A stretch of DNA of 64,000 nucleotides, from NCBI GenBank assembly GCA_010015585.1, contig ML975173.1. One strand, written 5' to 3'. This document shows positions 26,260 to 38,237 of the stretch, one piece after another. The stretch is from Eremomyces bilateralis CBS 781.70 (Eukaryota). How positions within the stretch are numbered: the stretch's first letter is position 1; every line of letters begins with the position of its first letter. The position numbers and the translations under genes were made by a program. The notes beneath the pieces are model-generated. The model was not told where the DNA came from, ran no database searches, and worked only from the letters and a program-made list of their open reading frames with translations.

Positions 26260-26720
26260 GGCGGTTCAGAGTTCTCAGGATCAAACGATGGAGCGGATCC
26301 TGACGGACGTGCAATGGAAAAGTTTCCTCCTCGAGAAGCGTGCGTGTGAGGTGGATTCTGTAGGTCAGGAATTATAGCGGTCATAATGTCTGGTCTCCGA
26401 ATTGAAGAGTAATGAGCGGCAGGCGCTACCCCCGGTCCGGGGCGTGGACTAAACCCGATTGGGCTGCTCCTTCTCTGCAGTCATTCTCCTTGCTCACTTT
26501 CAGCAGCAACATACGAATTGCGATAATTCGATAAAGTACAACGTAGACGACAATATTGATTAGAACTGTCCACGTTGATGACTAGAATCTACAGATTATA
26601 ATTATGCAATCGATTCCACACAGATTGAATCATTATATACTCTACAAGGGGTTCTTGGTTTGGTGCCTGGGCACTCGTATATACCAGTGTTTATGGTAAT
26701 ATTACATGAACAGGATCCGT

Positions 26721-27985
26721 TTATAATGTCGCCAATTGCTGGAAAGCATAGAGCATATCGTCCCGCAGATCCTCCCAATTCTCAACCCCTATGCTGACCC
26801 TCAGGACCCGATCATCCACCGTTGCGTCGCTCATTTTCCTCCATTCGATCAAGCTCTCGACGCCCCCGAGGCTGGTCGCATGATGGAACAGCCTCAACTT
26901 CGATGGCAGCGTTCGTGCCAGCACTCTCGACTTCATGGAGATGACGAACACCGGCCCGAAGCCGTTGGGGAGCTGTTCCTTCACCCATTTCTGATCGGTC
27001 TGGAGACTCGCGTGCTTGACCTCAGCGACGACCTTCCTCGCTGCCTCGGCGTCACTTCCCTCCCCGTTCGTGACCAAGTCGTGGATCCACCGGACCAGCT
27101 TCTCCGCGTTCCCGCTCTGCCGTAGTACCCGCAGCTCCAACGTTCGGAGACTGCGGATGGCCAGCCAGCCCTCCAGCCCGCCCATGACGCTGCCCAGGAA
27201 GATCCGCTCAACGAACATCTTCTCCCACCACTCCGTGTTCTTCGTCACCAATACGCCGCAGAGCAGGTCGCTGTGTCCGCCGAGATACTTGGTTCCCGAG
27301 TGCATGATGATGTCGGCGCCCAGCTTGAATGGCTCCATCAACGGCGGCGGCGCAAACGTCGCATCGACGCTCACATATGCGCCCCGCTTACGCGATTTCT
27401 CCACTAGCTCGACAATGTTCACCGCCTCCCCGGTCGGGTTGATCGGGCTCTCCACATGGACGAGATCGCCCTTCCCGAGCTTCGCCTCGTCCCATGCCGC
27501 ATCATCGAATAGATCGACCTTCTTGCAGCCGCTGAGCTTCGAGTGCAGGTCCAGCACGCCATGGCACCCGTGGTAGCCGCCCCCGATCGCCACGACTTTG
27601 GGGTTGAGGAAAGTGAGAAGAGCGTGGAAGGCAGAGAGGCCGGATGAGTAGGTGAGGGCGTGGCCGTGGAGGAGGGAGGAGAGGATGGTCTCGATGCGAG
27701 TGGACGTGGGGGAGGAAAGGCGGGAGTAGACGGGGGCGGTCAATGGCCCGAACTATTTAGACGGTTAGACCTTTTGAAATTGCATTATCGAAACTTCGGT
27801 TGCAGGATTACCTCGCCGTCATTAATTGGGACCAGCAGCTCCGGGTCGTCGCTGTAGCGGAATGTCGTTGACAGGTGAATTGGTGGAGCGACATCGGTGT
27901 GGCGATTGAGCGAATCGTCTGCATGGACACTCAGTGTCGAGAGGGAGTAGGGTAGGTCCTGACGGGCATTTTCGTTGGTGGCCAT
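26721..27985 (-). CDS. Cys/Met-metabolism PLP enzyme (cystathionine gamma-synthase/beta-lyase-like), 2 exons
   Basis: [46 protein letters not shown] (PLP lysine), SLGGVESL; intron at about 27753-27811. Confidence 0.9.
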
Positions 27986-28437
27986 GGTTGGAAGTGGAAA
28001 ATTGGGCACTCAAAGGGAAATTATAAATTGTCGGATTGCCAGATGTAGATGTACAAAGTTAGAGGGTTTTCTCTCAAGTCTGGTAGGTATGGCACGGCAC
28101 TAGTTGTACGGAATACAGAATAGAAATTACGCCTTTGGATGGAACGGAAAGAGAGCCGAGCGGGAGGGACCGCGATGACGTTTTCCAGCAAACTCTGGGA
28201 CATGGAGGGGTTAAAGCAGTCTTAAAGCACCACGAAGCTCCAGTCACGCATCTACAACAACACATTTGCACATTGCATCTGGTTCACAAGGATTGCGATT
28301 TTCTCGTTATAACCCTCCATTGATGCCTAGCCATCGCTATCTAGAATGTCAAGTTTGGACTTTTTGGGAGTGCGTTGCTAGCCATGGGAGTGACGGGGAA
28401 GCCGAACAAGCCATAATGACCGGACGCAGCGAACCGT

Positions 28438-29478
28438 TTAGGCGACGCCACAGCCCTGGATCACAGGCTCCTTGTTGGTGTTGCGACCGTACTTGGGGGC
28501 GCCGCTCGAGGTGCCGACGGCCTCGATGCTGCGGACGACCTTGTAAGACGACGTGTCGCCATCCGGGACCTGTCCGAAGACAACGTGCTTGCCGTCCAAC
28601 CAAGAGGTCACGACGGTGGTGATGAAGAACTGCGAGCCGTTGCTGTCGATCGTTAGTTGCCAATGTCGTGCGTGGTCAAGTGCGAAGTATCCTTACGTGT
28701 TGGGGCCAGCGTTCGCCATGGACAGGAGGAACGGCTTGGTGTGCTTGAGCTTGAAGTTCTCATCGGGGAACTTCTCGCCGTAGATGGAGCGGCCACCGGT
28801 TCCCTGGAGGGGATTGTCAGTCACACATCCCAAGCAAGTTGGCGGGGTGCGGGCGTACGTTGCCACGGGTGAAGTCACCACCCTGGAGCATGAAATCCGG
28901 GATCACGCGGTGGAAGCGGGAGCCCTTGTATCCCTGGCCCTGCTCCTTCTCGCACAGCGCGCGGAAGTTCTCGGCCGTCTTGGGGACGACATCGTCGAAA
29001 AGTTCGAAGTTGACACGACCGGATTGCTCTGGAAGAAACACGCGGTTAGTCGAGAGCTACACCGGCATGGTCGGAGTCGACGGAAGCTTGCTTCGGGTCG
29101 TTTAAAGCTTGGAGATGGACGGAGATGGACGGAGATGGACGAAGAATCATATTGACTTACCAACATCCAGATTTCCCTTGCTGATGACGTTGCCTTGGGC
29201 GTCGACGTCGACGTTGGGGCCAAACCATTTGCAATCGAAGTAGACTCGGACGACCTAATTGAGAGGAGTTAGCGATCTGAGAGAACCGCCGGAGCGATGG
29301 GAGTATGACTGACCATATTTGCGGATGATTGATGAAAGGATCGGGTACGAATTGCAGGTTGGAAGAGAGGTTTGTTGTTGCAGAAACGAAGCGTGGAGGT
29401 GGAGGGAAGAAAACTTCTTGAGGTGAAAGCGGGGGCGGGGCGAAGCAACGACACAACTCTGATGGGATGGTGGGGCAT
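28438..29478 (-). CDS. CPR1: Cyclophilin A-type peptidyl-prolyl isomerase with a mitochondrial presequence, 5 exons
   Basis: [80 protein letters not shown]; Arg/Ser-rich N-terminal extension. Confidence 0.93.
29111..29140. repeat. 10-bp tandem repeat (GGAGATGGAC)x3 in cyclophilin intron 2
   Basis: Three exact copies read directly from the sequence. Confidence 0.9.
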
Positions 29479-30608
29479 CTTGGAAGGTTCCTGTGTCAAG
29501 GTTCCTGTTTTACTGCAGCAATTTTACTTGTGACGGTCAGCTCTTCCGAATTTCAGGGATGCGGGACGGTAGTAAGGAACTGTATGGAAGGAAAACGTGA
29601 CAAGGTTACCGCTAAGGGCAGCTTGCTTAGGAGTTAGGAGGGAGTTAGGGGAAATGCAAGTGACCGGAAGAGTCGACTGTAGCTGGAAGGAGCTTGAACA
29701 GAAGCTTGCCCGAAATGTGACCGGTCACAGCTTGAGGGGTTTAAAGAGAGGACGTCGAGCTGATGCAATCATCCAGGTTCAACCTTGAGCCACACACGCC
29801 TCTGATGCCATAGCGGTAGTTATTCCATAGAGTATTCCGCACTGTAACTCCCTATCAAGCACCAACCTCAGTCAAGGACTCAAGGTCAACTGACCAAGCT
29901 GTCGGACATCTCAACAGCCGTGCGGAGAGGTGATTACGACATCAAAGATCAACGGAGACTGGTTGGCAATGGCTCAGGTCTGCCCGGAATCCGGATGGTG
30001 TGCTCACTGTTCCTGTCTCCTCCAAGATCCGTAATACAAGCAACAATAGAAGGATTCGACCCAACCGGAAGTCGTCAGGGAAACAAGGGAAACTACGTAC
30101 CTCGAACCTTCCGATTCTTGAAGTGTCACCAACACGCGACGGGATCGACCGAATTCCAAGAAGATAGGTCCAAAATTGGAACCAAAGAGTGTACGAAATG
30201 CAAGAGTTAGATATTATAATGGAATGATGCGAAATGCTGATGGTTAGCCACGTTGGTTCATGTTCAAGGTCAGACAATCTTTGGGAAAGTTTTCCGATTT
30301 TCTCACGCCTGAACGCCTCTCATGACTGGGTCCGAGCTTAGCCCCTGACTAGTTACAGTAAAACAGACCTGAGCACAAAACGCACTTGAAAATCCCGAAT
30401 TGCGTGGACAGCGTGACAGACGTGACCGGGTCGATGAACCGCATCGACCAGACTTCGTACGACTTGATCGCTCATTTCCCATGGGGGAAGCACGGTGATA
30501 AGTTCGTGGAATGCGACAAAGGATATTCCACTCAATCCCGATGTCAACGGAGGACCATCGGATTGAAAAAAAATACTGACGTGGGAATTGAGAATAGACA
30601 ACCCTCTC

Positions 30609-32110
30609 TCACTTGACGACAAGTGCCTTCATCCGCCGAACCAGCTCCTCCCACATCGCCTGCTTGGTCTCCTTTGTCCTGGCGATTGCATCCTGATTCT
30701 CCCTGGCTCGCCGATATAGGAAATGCAGACACTGCTTCGTCGTGCCCCAAGCCACCAGTTTGAATGTCCTCGGCATATCAAGCTGTACCCCGATAGTTTC
30801 TCTCTCTCGCTTCGCCGCCTTCGAATTTTGCACCAGTTGGCAACCGATTTCGTCCGCCATGCCATAGAGCTGCGCGTAAGCCAGCTCTCCCAGCTGCTCA
30901 CCCTTCGTCGCCAGCTCGTTCCGGATCTCTTGCGCCTTGCGAACGGAAGTCTGGTTGTGAGTGGCAAGCATGATGCTCACGTTGGGAAAGGCGTGGCCCT
31001 CGGATCCGTCGTGTGGCTGGAGCCTTCCTAGGTACTTTCGGCGTATCAGGCTCTCCGTCAGCTCATCGTATGCTTTGTCCGTTTCCTCTTTCGACGACCA
31101 GATATTGGACCGGGGCTCCGAGGACATGTATGCGCCGCGCACCAGCTTCACTCCGAGCGTGTAGCCCTCCTGCTCTGCCTCCGCAAGGCCACGAGCCAGT
31201 TTTCCGGGACAGGATGTGAGATACGCTTGGTAGGTGTTGTATAGGATCGCTCCCTTGGACCTGTCTCGATTGTACTTCTTCTGCAGCGCTTGAGTCCATC
31301 GATCGATCCCAATATTCGTCGACTCTTCTTCGGCACTGGGGAGAAGCTTCACGTTCTTGGCTGCAGCGTGGTCGCATATCTCATGGATCGCTTGCTCCAT
31401 GGCCGGTGATGGAAGCTGGCCGCCTCGGAGGAGTCGTAAGGCTTCAGTACCCAGGCCCGACCACCTGTACTCTCATGTCAGCAAATCTTTGTTTTTCATT
31501 CTTTTTTGTATCAGAATCCGTACTTCAGCCCGACGAATTCGCCGGAGTCCGTCATGTCCACGGAATCGGTCATCCCCTGTTTCCAAGTGGCAATCTCGCT
31601 CTTTGTGACCTCCGGGTCGACTGCATTGGTTGCTTTTTCATCCAGCAAGAGTTCTAGGGCATATTCCAGGATAATGCCATCGAAGCCCACGCTCTTCATT
31701 GCCGATGTCGTTCTGCGTACTTCCTCCTTGGTTTCACCGGCGCAGAACTGGGCATAGAGCGTTTGCTTGAAGATCTGCCGGAGTATCGGGTTTCTGTCCA
31801 CGTCAATGATAGTGGACTTCGACTCCAGAAGACGGTTGAGTACTGCAAAACATCCTCGCAACAGGAGGGGTGAAGCTGTCACTGAAGCGATGAGGTAGGT
31901 TCGAAGGACGTTGGGTGTTGGGAGAATTGAAAGTGGAGTGATCGACGAATTCGAGCTGTAGGATTTCGGCTTGGCTACGACACCAGGAAGAGTTCCGATG
32001 GAAGCGGTGGCTGCGGTCTTCCTGTTGCTGGTGTGGATTTTCCGTACGCCACCCGCACATTCCCTTCGCGAGATCCAGATGATAGCAGTAGGCAGACCTC
32101 TCCACGACAT
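30609..32110 (-). CDS. PUT1: Proline dehydrogenase (mitochondrial), 2 exons
   Basis: YAQFCAGET, YNTYQAYL, KLVRGAY, ATHN, AQLYGMAD, RRAREN; intron at about 31471-31522. Confidence 0.93.
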
Positions 32111-33348
32111 TACTGATCGGGCTGCTGATCAAGATCAGCTAGATGCAGCGTGTGTGGAGAATGGAAGATTATGGAAAATTGCAGTTGAATCAAAGATCCA
32201 GGTACACGCTCGCATTATATGGGGGGGAAATAAATAAGTATTCGGACTGGAGTAGATGGAGGTGTGAGCGGATGCGATAGCGGTACATTCCACCTCCCCG
32301 ATAGTAGCCGGGTGTTGTCATACCGGACATCGTGAATGGCCATGATCGCTTACTGAGAGGGTTGGAATGGTTGTCTCTACCAGATCAAGGCAATCATATG
32401 CGCTAATTCGAAACGCATCGTCATAAGATTGCAAACAAGTCGATTGATTGGTTACCGGTCCATTCACCGCACCATTTATTCATCATTCTCCAAGAATCGC
32501 CATTAAATGAGCTTCTATTACAAGATATTGGAGGCGAAACTGCCTCCACATTTGATAGATCTACAAATCTTCCCGAGCATCAGGCAAGGCAGGTAGAAAA
32601 GTCTCTAGTAATAGTATGCTACTTTAGGGAAACATACCCTTCCACCCATTGCCGTCCGTCGTCGCTCTGGTGCCACGCATGAAGCACCAACTGCTATCGT
32701 GGGTTCTAGAACACCGCAGATGACTATCGTGGACGGAGTTCCGCCACCCCTTAGCAATAAGGCGGCTTTCCGCGGGTGACATTGGCGACCTACGTGCAGC
32801 TCGGCTTATCAACGCAGATTCTCTAGAGGTGAACCCACGATAATGCACGCGAAGCACATCCGATAGCGCAACAATCAGAGGAAATGGTGTACGCGAGGTC
32901 GGAATCCCAACAAAGAATCCAATCCTATCACGCGGTGTGCAACACTTTGACCCGAGTCATGCTGGACATTCGGGTCTGGTGAGTGATAGGAGCATGGGGA
33001 GAGCTTGTGAAAGTCCGCTTGGGTTCCGATGATGGAGATATCTTATCGGGTGAGTATCAAAGCCAAAACATGGTCGTTCTTCTACTCAACCGATAGCCAG
33101 ATAGTCTGATAGCAAGGGAGAAGTCTCCATGGTTGGACCAAGAGCGACACACATGGAGTGGTGCTACTCGCTGGAGTGACAATGAAATCATTGTCCTGCA
33201 GTAGTTAGAGGCAGGCAGCTGGGAGGTGCTGTCATACAGACATGGAGCTTGGAGGGGCAGAGGTCCTGTTGTGGTTTAGCGTGTATATTAGCGTGCACTT
33301 TAGCGCCACCACGTGACTTCATGCATTCAACTTCACGACAACGCTAAT

Positions 33349-34200
33349 ATGGCTTCCATCGACTCGGATTTTGAGCCTTATGCGCTGAATCACAACGACC
33401 GTTACCACCTTTGTGATGATTGCTCCGATCTAGAGGTCTTTATCGATGAATTCGAAGCTTATCATCAGGATCTTCTCGACCCCGACCAGCCACGCCCCGT
33501 GCTAGCCGAAAACCCCAGCTCCACTCCCGCACCTCGCCTCCACGACGCAACTCTTCCTGGCCCTTCTGCATCCGAACCACCACACCAGCTTCCCCGGAAC
33601 CTCTTCCCGTCCCTCCCTGGACAATCGTCTCCCGGCCCCTCCAACTCGCCCGCCAGCACGGGCACCGACAACCGCCTCTACCTCTTCGACCTCATGGATC
33701 GTATGGACGTCGACCCGCCCGAGCGGGACGAGGCGCCCCGGAAATCCAACGAGCCACGCACTGAGGCCGGCGCTGCGGCGGTGCGAAGCATCGAAGGCTG
33801 GATCGTCGTCGCGACGAACCTGCATCCCGAGGCGAGTGAGGAGGACATCACGGATTTCTTCGGGGAGTTTGGCGAGATCAAGAATTTGCATTTGAATTTG
33901 GATCGGCGAACGGGATACGTCAAGGTATGCGCGGAATCCTATCCCAGTCGGTGGATCACAGCAGTGGTATCTAACGCTGGGCGCTGACAGGGCTACGTGC
34001 TGATCGAATATACTACCTTGGCCGAAGCACATGGTGCCATTGAAGGCGGAAACGGCGAGAAAATGCTGGATAATACGATGAAGGTCGATTTCGCATTCGT
34101 CCGACCGCCGCCATCGAAAAATCGTCGCGGTGCAGACAAGGACAGAGAGCCGCCGCGGAAGACGGGAGAAAGGGAAAGGAGCAAGAGCCCAGAGGCATGA
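33349..34200 (+). CDS. RBM8A: Exon-junction-complex RRM protein Y14; start uncertain (33349 or about 33694/33703)
   Basis: [36 protein letters not shown] across intron 33925-33990, VDFAFV, RS-like tail. Confidence 0.9.
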
Positions 34201-34792
34201 GCCCGAGGAATGAGATACATGACTAGTCGCGGGCCAAGTACTTACTCGGGTTCAGGTATGATGAGCTGGCTGATGGTTGGTGCGGCCGGGAAAGGCGACA
34301 TACTTTCTATGGCACCGCCGTTGGAAGTTGGAACATGGTATCTCATAGCTGCCTATCCACCGGAATACTAGCGGCAAGGACAGGTCCAGAAATAGATACT
34401 TCTCTAAAGCGTGCTGGCTTGTTACTCTATTGCAAGCCGGCAGACCCAAAAGGAAAATTGTAGGTCCTTTGGATTCCTTGGGCGTCTCCGCTATGAGCTA
34501 ACTTCAACGCAGGAACGATTAGCGCAGTCGAAGACCTCACATTCTGACCGTAAATACTCGAGGATGACCTGTTTCGCAACGAGCACATGAGATGGTTATC
34601 TTACTATCATTGAACCGCTAGGAGTACCGTACAACAGGTGGAACCCAAACGCTAAAACCCAGCCGAGTCGTCGCAACTCCTCGCCATGCATGACCGATTG
34701 CTAAAGATATCTCCGTGCACACCGTATCCCGTGTATTTGAATGTCAGTAAACCACCACCCTTGCGTCCAACGCTAGGAATCCTTTCGCCAGC

Positions 34793-37018
34793 CTAACCCG
34801 CTCGGGTCTCCCCGAGCCCGTACCTTACCCAAAGCGTGTCTAGGAAATGCTGATGCCGTATCCCCGGTGCGCGCATCCTTGCGAACACCTCGATTGCATC
34901 GCCGAGCGTCCATCCAAGTCGTTCCACCATATAACTCACCAGGAAGAATCCGGTCCGATTGAAGCCATAGTGACAGTGCACAGCGATCAGGCTCGTCTCG
35001 CTGTCGCTGTCGGATGCGGCGATCTCCTGGATGATGCCGTCAATGACGGCGAAAAAACCATTGGCCTCCTCGCGTGATGGCTGGAGCTTCGACACCGTGG
35101 GGAATTTATGGTATTTGATGCCCCGCCCTTCGAGACCGCGGGGCTGATACGGCGGGGTCTCATGGCTGATGTCCACCACTGCAACCACTACCCCGCCCGT
35201 CTGCCCACCCGACCGACCGTATGTCCCCGCAAACGTGTCTGGCGTGTGCGTCTCGTCCACCTCTCGCAGTACCTTCATGGCGCGAAACTGGCCCGCGATG
35301 ACACCGCTGACGGCGGGAGTTCGCCTCCATTTCTCCAGGTTTTTGACGTCCCATTTGCCCTCAGTGGTAAGATGCTGCAGCTGCCAGCCGGCGTCCAGAC
35401 GTGGGTCGAGTCGTCGGAGGAATGTAGCGATGAGACCGGCAAGAGCGCGTCGGGTGGTTGTCGCGTAGAGAAGAGTATGTCGTGCACCGACAAGAGTGTG
35501 CGTCTCGATGTACTGTGTAGAAGATACAGCGGCTGGCGACGCAGGTTTCGCGTTGGGGGAATCGTCGGAGTCGTTCGCGGTTGGTATCGGTGGAGCAGCA
35601 ATAGGGGCGGCGGAGTCAGGTATCTCGAATGTAGAGCTCTGTTCTTGTTGCTCTTTGCACTGGCCCAGTGAGTCCACGGCGTCCTCTCTACCCAGAAATG
35701 CAAGGATTTTGGGGATCTCAGTTGGCTTTGTAATCGAATCGAGCTCGCCAGCAACGAGGAGCATGGGGCATTTGACACCTGACCAAACCCTCCGGCCGGG
35801 CGTCGTGTTCTCCTGTGCTTCGACGCCAATGTACTTGGGAAGCAAACCCCATACATATCGTCTCCATACTTTCGATACGCTCTGTATGTTGTATCGCCAC
35901 TGCAGGCGTCGCGTCTCCTCGTCCGCATCTTCGCCAGCGAACCTGAGGACACTAGCGCTTTGGGGTCCTCCCCTTTGGTCGATTGACCGCCATGCTTGGA
36001 ATATCGGTGTCGGGATGTTAAGCAACACTTTCGCGATCCTGGTGACCTTCTTAGACGGCGTGGTTGTCCCGGGGCATATCGGTATGATACCGATGATCCG
36101 AGATCGGAGCTGACACGCCTCTCTTGAGAGAGGGCTGGTAGCAGATGCGAGAAGCGAAAGATGGAAAGTGCCCATGCTGTGACCGATTAAGATAATTTGC
36201 TGCGGTTCTCGCGTCGTTGACTTGGGCTTGAGCTGTAGCTCATCAAGATCAATTAGTTCCATTTCCGCATCGCTGTCAGACGCGTCATCTTGTTCGGGGA
36301 CCTCCATATCCAGGTGTTCATGGATGGCCGTAGCCACTAATTCAGCCAGCGCATGGCATCCATATGCCTCCCAATTGGTCGGCGCGAATTGAGACCGACC
36401 GCAGCCCGGCAGATCGATAGCAAGACATGGCCCTAGGTTCACGAGTGATGTGAGGAGTGGCGCAAACTGAGCAACGGATCCACCCAACCCGTGACAGAAC
36501 ACCAAGAGCGGAAGGGAACGTGGGCGAGATGGAAGTTTGCTGGCATAGGGATGAGGCCGATAGAATGTGCGTATTCTGGGATACGTAATGCCTGTGCTAG
36601 GAACGGTGTACGGCCGGAATGTTGTATGTTTCCGCAGAAGCCCCGGATCGGTGAGGTGTGGATCTGTACATGCATTAATAAGGAATTGATCAATGAAGTA
36701 CTTGGGTAGTGTAAATATATAGAAGCAAGGCATGAACGTCTCCGTTTTCCGTAAGAACACATGAATGAAGCCTCTCGCAACTCTCCACAACGTACCTGTA
36801 GCAGATAAGTCATCGCCCTCTCCACCTTGAGAAGCCTTCTTCTTGCGGGCAGCAGCTCCTCGATTATGAAACATATAAAGTGATAGTAGAAGAAATGCGC
36901 CGGTGGCCGAAACCTTAACTAGGTCTGAAGGGTTTGGTAGCCATGCACTCACACCATCTGGTACCAAGGATGGGAGTTGTTCCTTGATATTTAACAGACT
37001 CCTAGCCAACGCTTCCAT
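34793..37018 (-). CDS. Alpha/beta-hydrolase fused to a C-terminal Cys-based (DSP/RNA-triphosphatase-like) phosphatase, with an N-terminal TM helix
   Basis: HGLGG, DLPGCGRS, GHSMG, GELD, ARH triad region; VHCHYGFNRTGF P-loop; probable in-frame intron 36664-36795 (GTACGT...CAG). Confidence 0.88.
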   Translation of the reverse strand: MEALARSLLNIKEQLPSLVPDGVSAWLPNPSDLVKVSATGAFLLLSLYMFHNRGAAARKKKASQGGEGDDLSATGTLWRVARGFIHVFLRKTETFMPCFYIFTLPKYFIDQFLINACTDPHLTDPGLLRKHTTFRPYTVPSTGITYPRIRTFYRPHPYASKLPSRPRSLPLLVFCHGLGGSVAQFAPLLTSLVNLGPCLAIDLPGCGRSQFAPTNWEAYGCHALAELVATAIHEHLDMEVPEQDDASDSDAEMELIDLDELQLKPKSTTREPQQIILIGHSMGTFHLSLLASATSPLSREACQLRSRIIGIIPICPGTTTPSKKVTRIAKVLLNIPTPIFQAWRSIDQRGGPQSASVLRFAGEDADEETRRLQWRYNIQSVSKVWRRYVWGLLPKYIGVEAQENTTPGRRVWSGVKCPMLLVAGELDSITKPTEIPKILAFLGREDAVDSLGQCKEQQEQSSTFEIPDSAAPIAAPPIPTANDSDDSPNAKPASPAAVSSTQYIETHTLVGARHTLLYATTTRRALAGLIATFLRRLDPRLDAGWQLQHLTTEGKWDVKNLEKWRRTPAVSGVIAGQFRAMKVLREVDETHTPDTFAGTYGRSGGQTGGVVVAVVDISHETPPYQPRGLEGRGIKYHKFPTVSKLQPSREEANGFFAVIDGIIQEIAASDSDSETSLIAVHCHYGFNRTGFFLVSYMVERLGWTLGDAIEVFARMRAPGIRHQHFLDTLWVRYGLGETRAG

Positions 37019-37544
37019 CGCAAAAAAGTAACTTGAAGAACACTCTAATACGATTGTTCAAAGACCATGAGCAGCAGAAGTGTGAGATAGGTGAAGCGTG
37101 GTGGCGATGACTTTATGCATGTGACAGGTGCTTTGGAAGCAGGGGAGCTGATATATATCACCGATGTGAAGGATTTCAAGTCTCTTAAAAACAAGCGATG
37201 CGGTTCAGGACGATATTTCGGCATACACGAGACTCTGGGTAGGGGAACAACAAATATTAATTACCTGGAGGATAATGCGAAACGTACCAGTAGCAAAGAA
37301 AGTCATGATTGTTGATGTTGTTCATTGTCCCATGGTAACTTGGTTCACTTCACTGCAAGTTGAAACCCGCTGGTCGTCGTTTCAATTGTCAATTAATGCT
37401 ACCTGCCATTCCTACGGACTCCCACTTCTACCAACGAATACAGTAATAATATCAACTGCAGCTTGTATCAGAATCATCCTTCTCGTCATCTCGAATGGCA
37501 CCGTCCTCAGTCCCAAGCCTCCTTTCAGACCCCGCTAGACGTTA

Positions 37545-38115
37545 TGACTCCGTCATGTGAAAGCTTCGGGACGTCGATGGGACTCAGTCGGCCACTACCT
37601 ACGGCACTATAAACTACAATATGACATCGGGATCGATTCCGATTCGTCTTCTGATGTCTCGATAATAGGCTGTCATCTCAATTTAAAGGCTCCTCCTTCG
37701 CGCCTTCGTGGATCGCCCTGCATTTGAAACTGCCGATAGCTCTATCTCGAGTTCCCGACATGACCGGCCAACGACGATGCTCCAATTTCGGATCGGTCAT
37801 CACTCATCCCCTCCAGCGGTCCAGCCTCCTAACTGCGGTAGCTTCCCCCATATGCGGGGCTTTTCGTTAATAGCCCCTCACGCCGCGTTCGGGGAGGACC
37901 GTTGGGATTTCTCGGGACCAAGAACCGGAGAGCTTGACTTTGACTGTTTTCTTCCACCTTGTCCCTGTTACCGACGTCAGTTCGTTTATCAAAACTGCCA
38001 GGCCGGTTGCATGCACGCTGCACGATTCAACGTTGAAACCTTCCTTTGTGTTGTCCCTTCTGACGAAGACTTTCGCATGCTACATTCCTGATAGTGAAGA
38101 AACATTGTGTGACTC
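37545..38115. promoter_or_regulatory. Candidate CpcA/Gcn4 sites (TGACTC at 37545 and 38110) and a LeuB/Leu3-type CCG-N4-CGG site (37883-37892) upstream of the ILV3 paralogue
   Basis: Motifs read directly; they fit known regulation of branched-chain amino-acid genes, but short motifs can occur by chance. Confidence 0.4.
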
Positions 38116-38237
38116 TGTTATCAGTCCAACAGTGCAACTACGTAGGAAGATAAATATCTAATCCTGAAGTCGCCCGAACCATTGTGATTGCGTTTCCTCA
38201 TTGTTATTCCTGCCACTTTGTTAAATTATCAAGCAGC

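Noticed and set aside
29627..29651. Interstitial telomere array
   Set aside because: Only degenerate TTAGG units with a single TTAGGG; better treated as a promoter motif
29920..30312. ORF ending KECTKCKS, reminiscent of a transposase zinc knuckle
   Set aside because: No ATG, catalytic motifs or terminal repeats; evidence too weak
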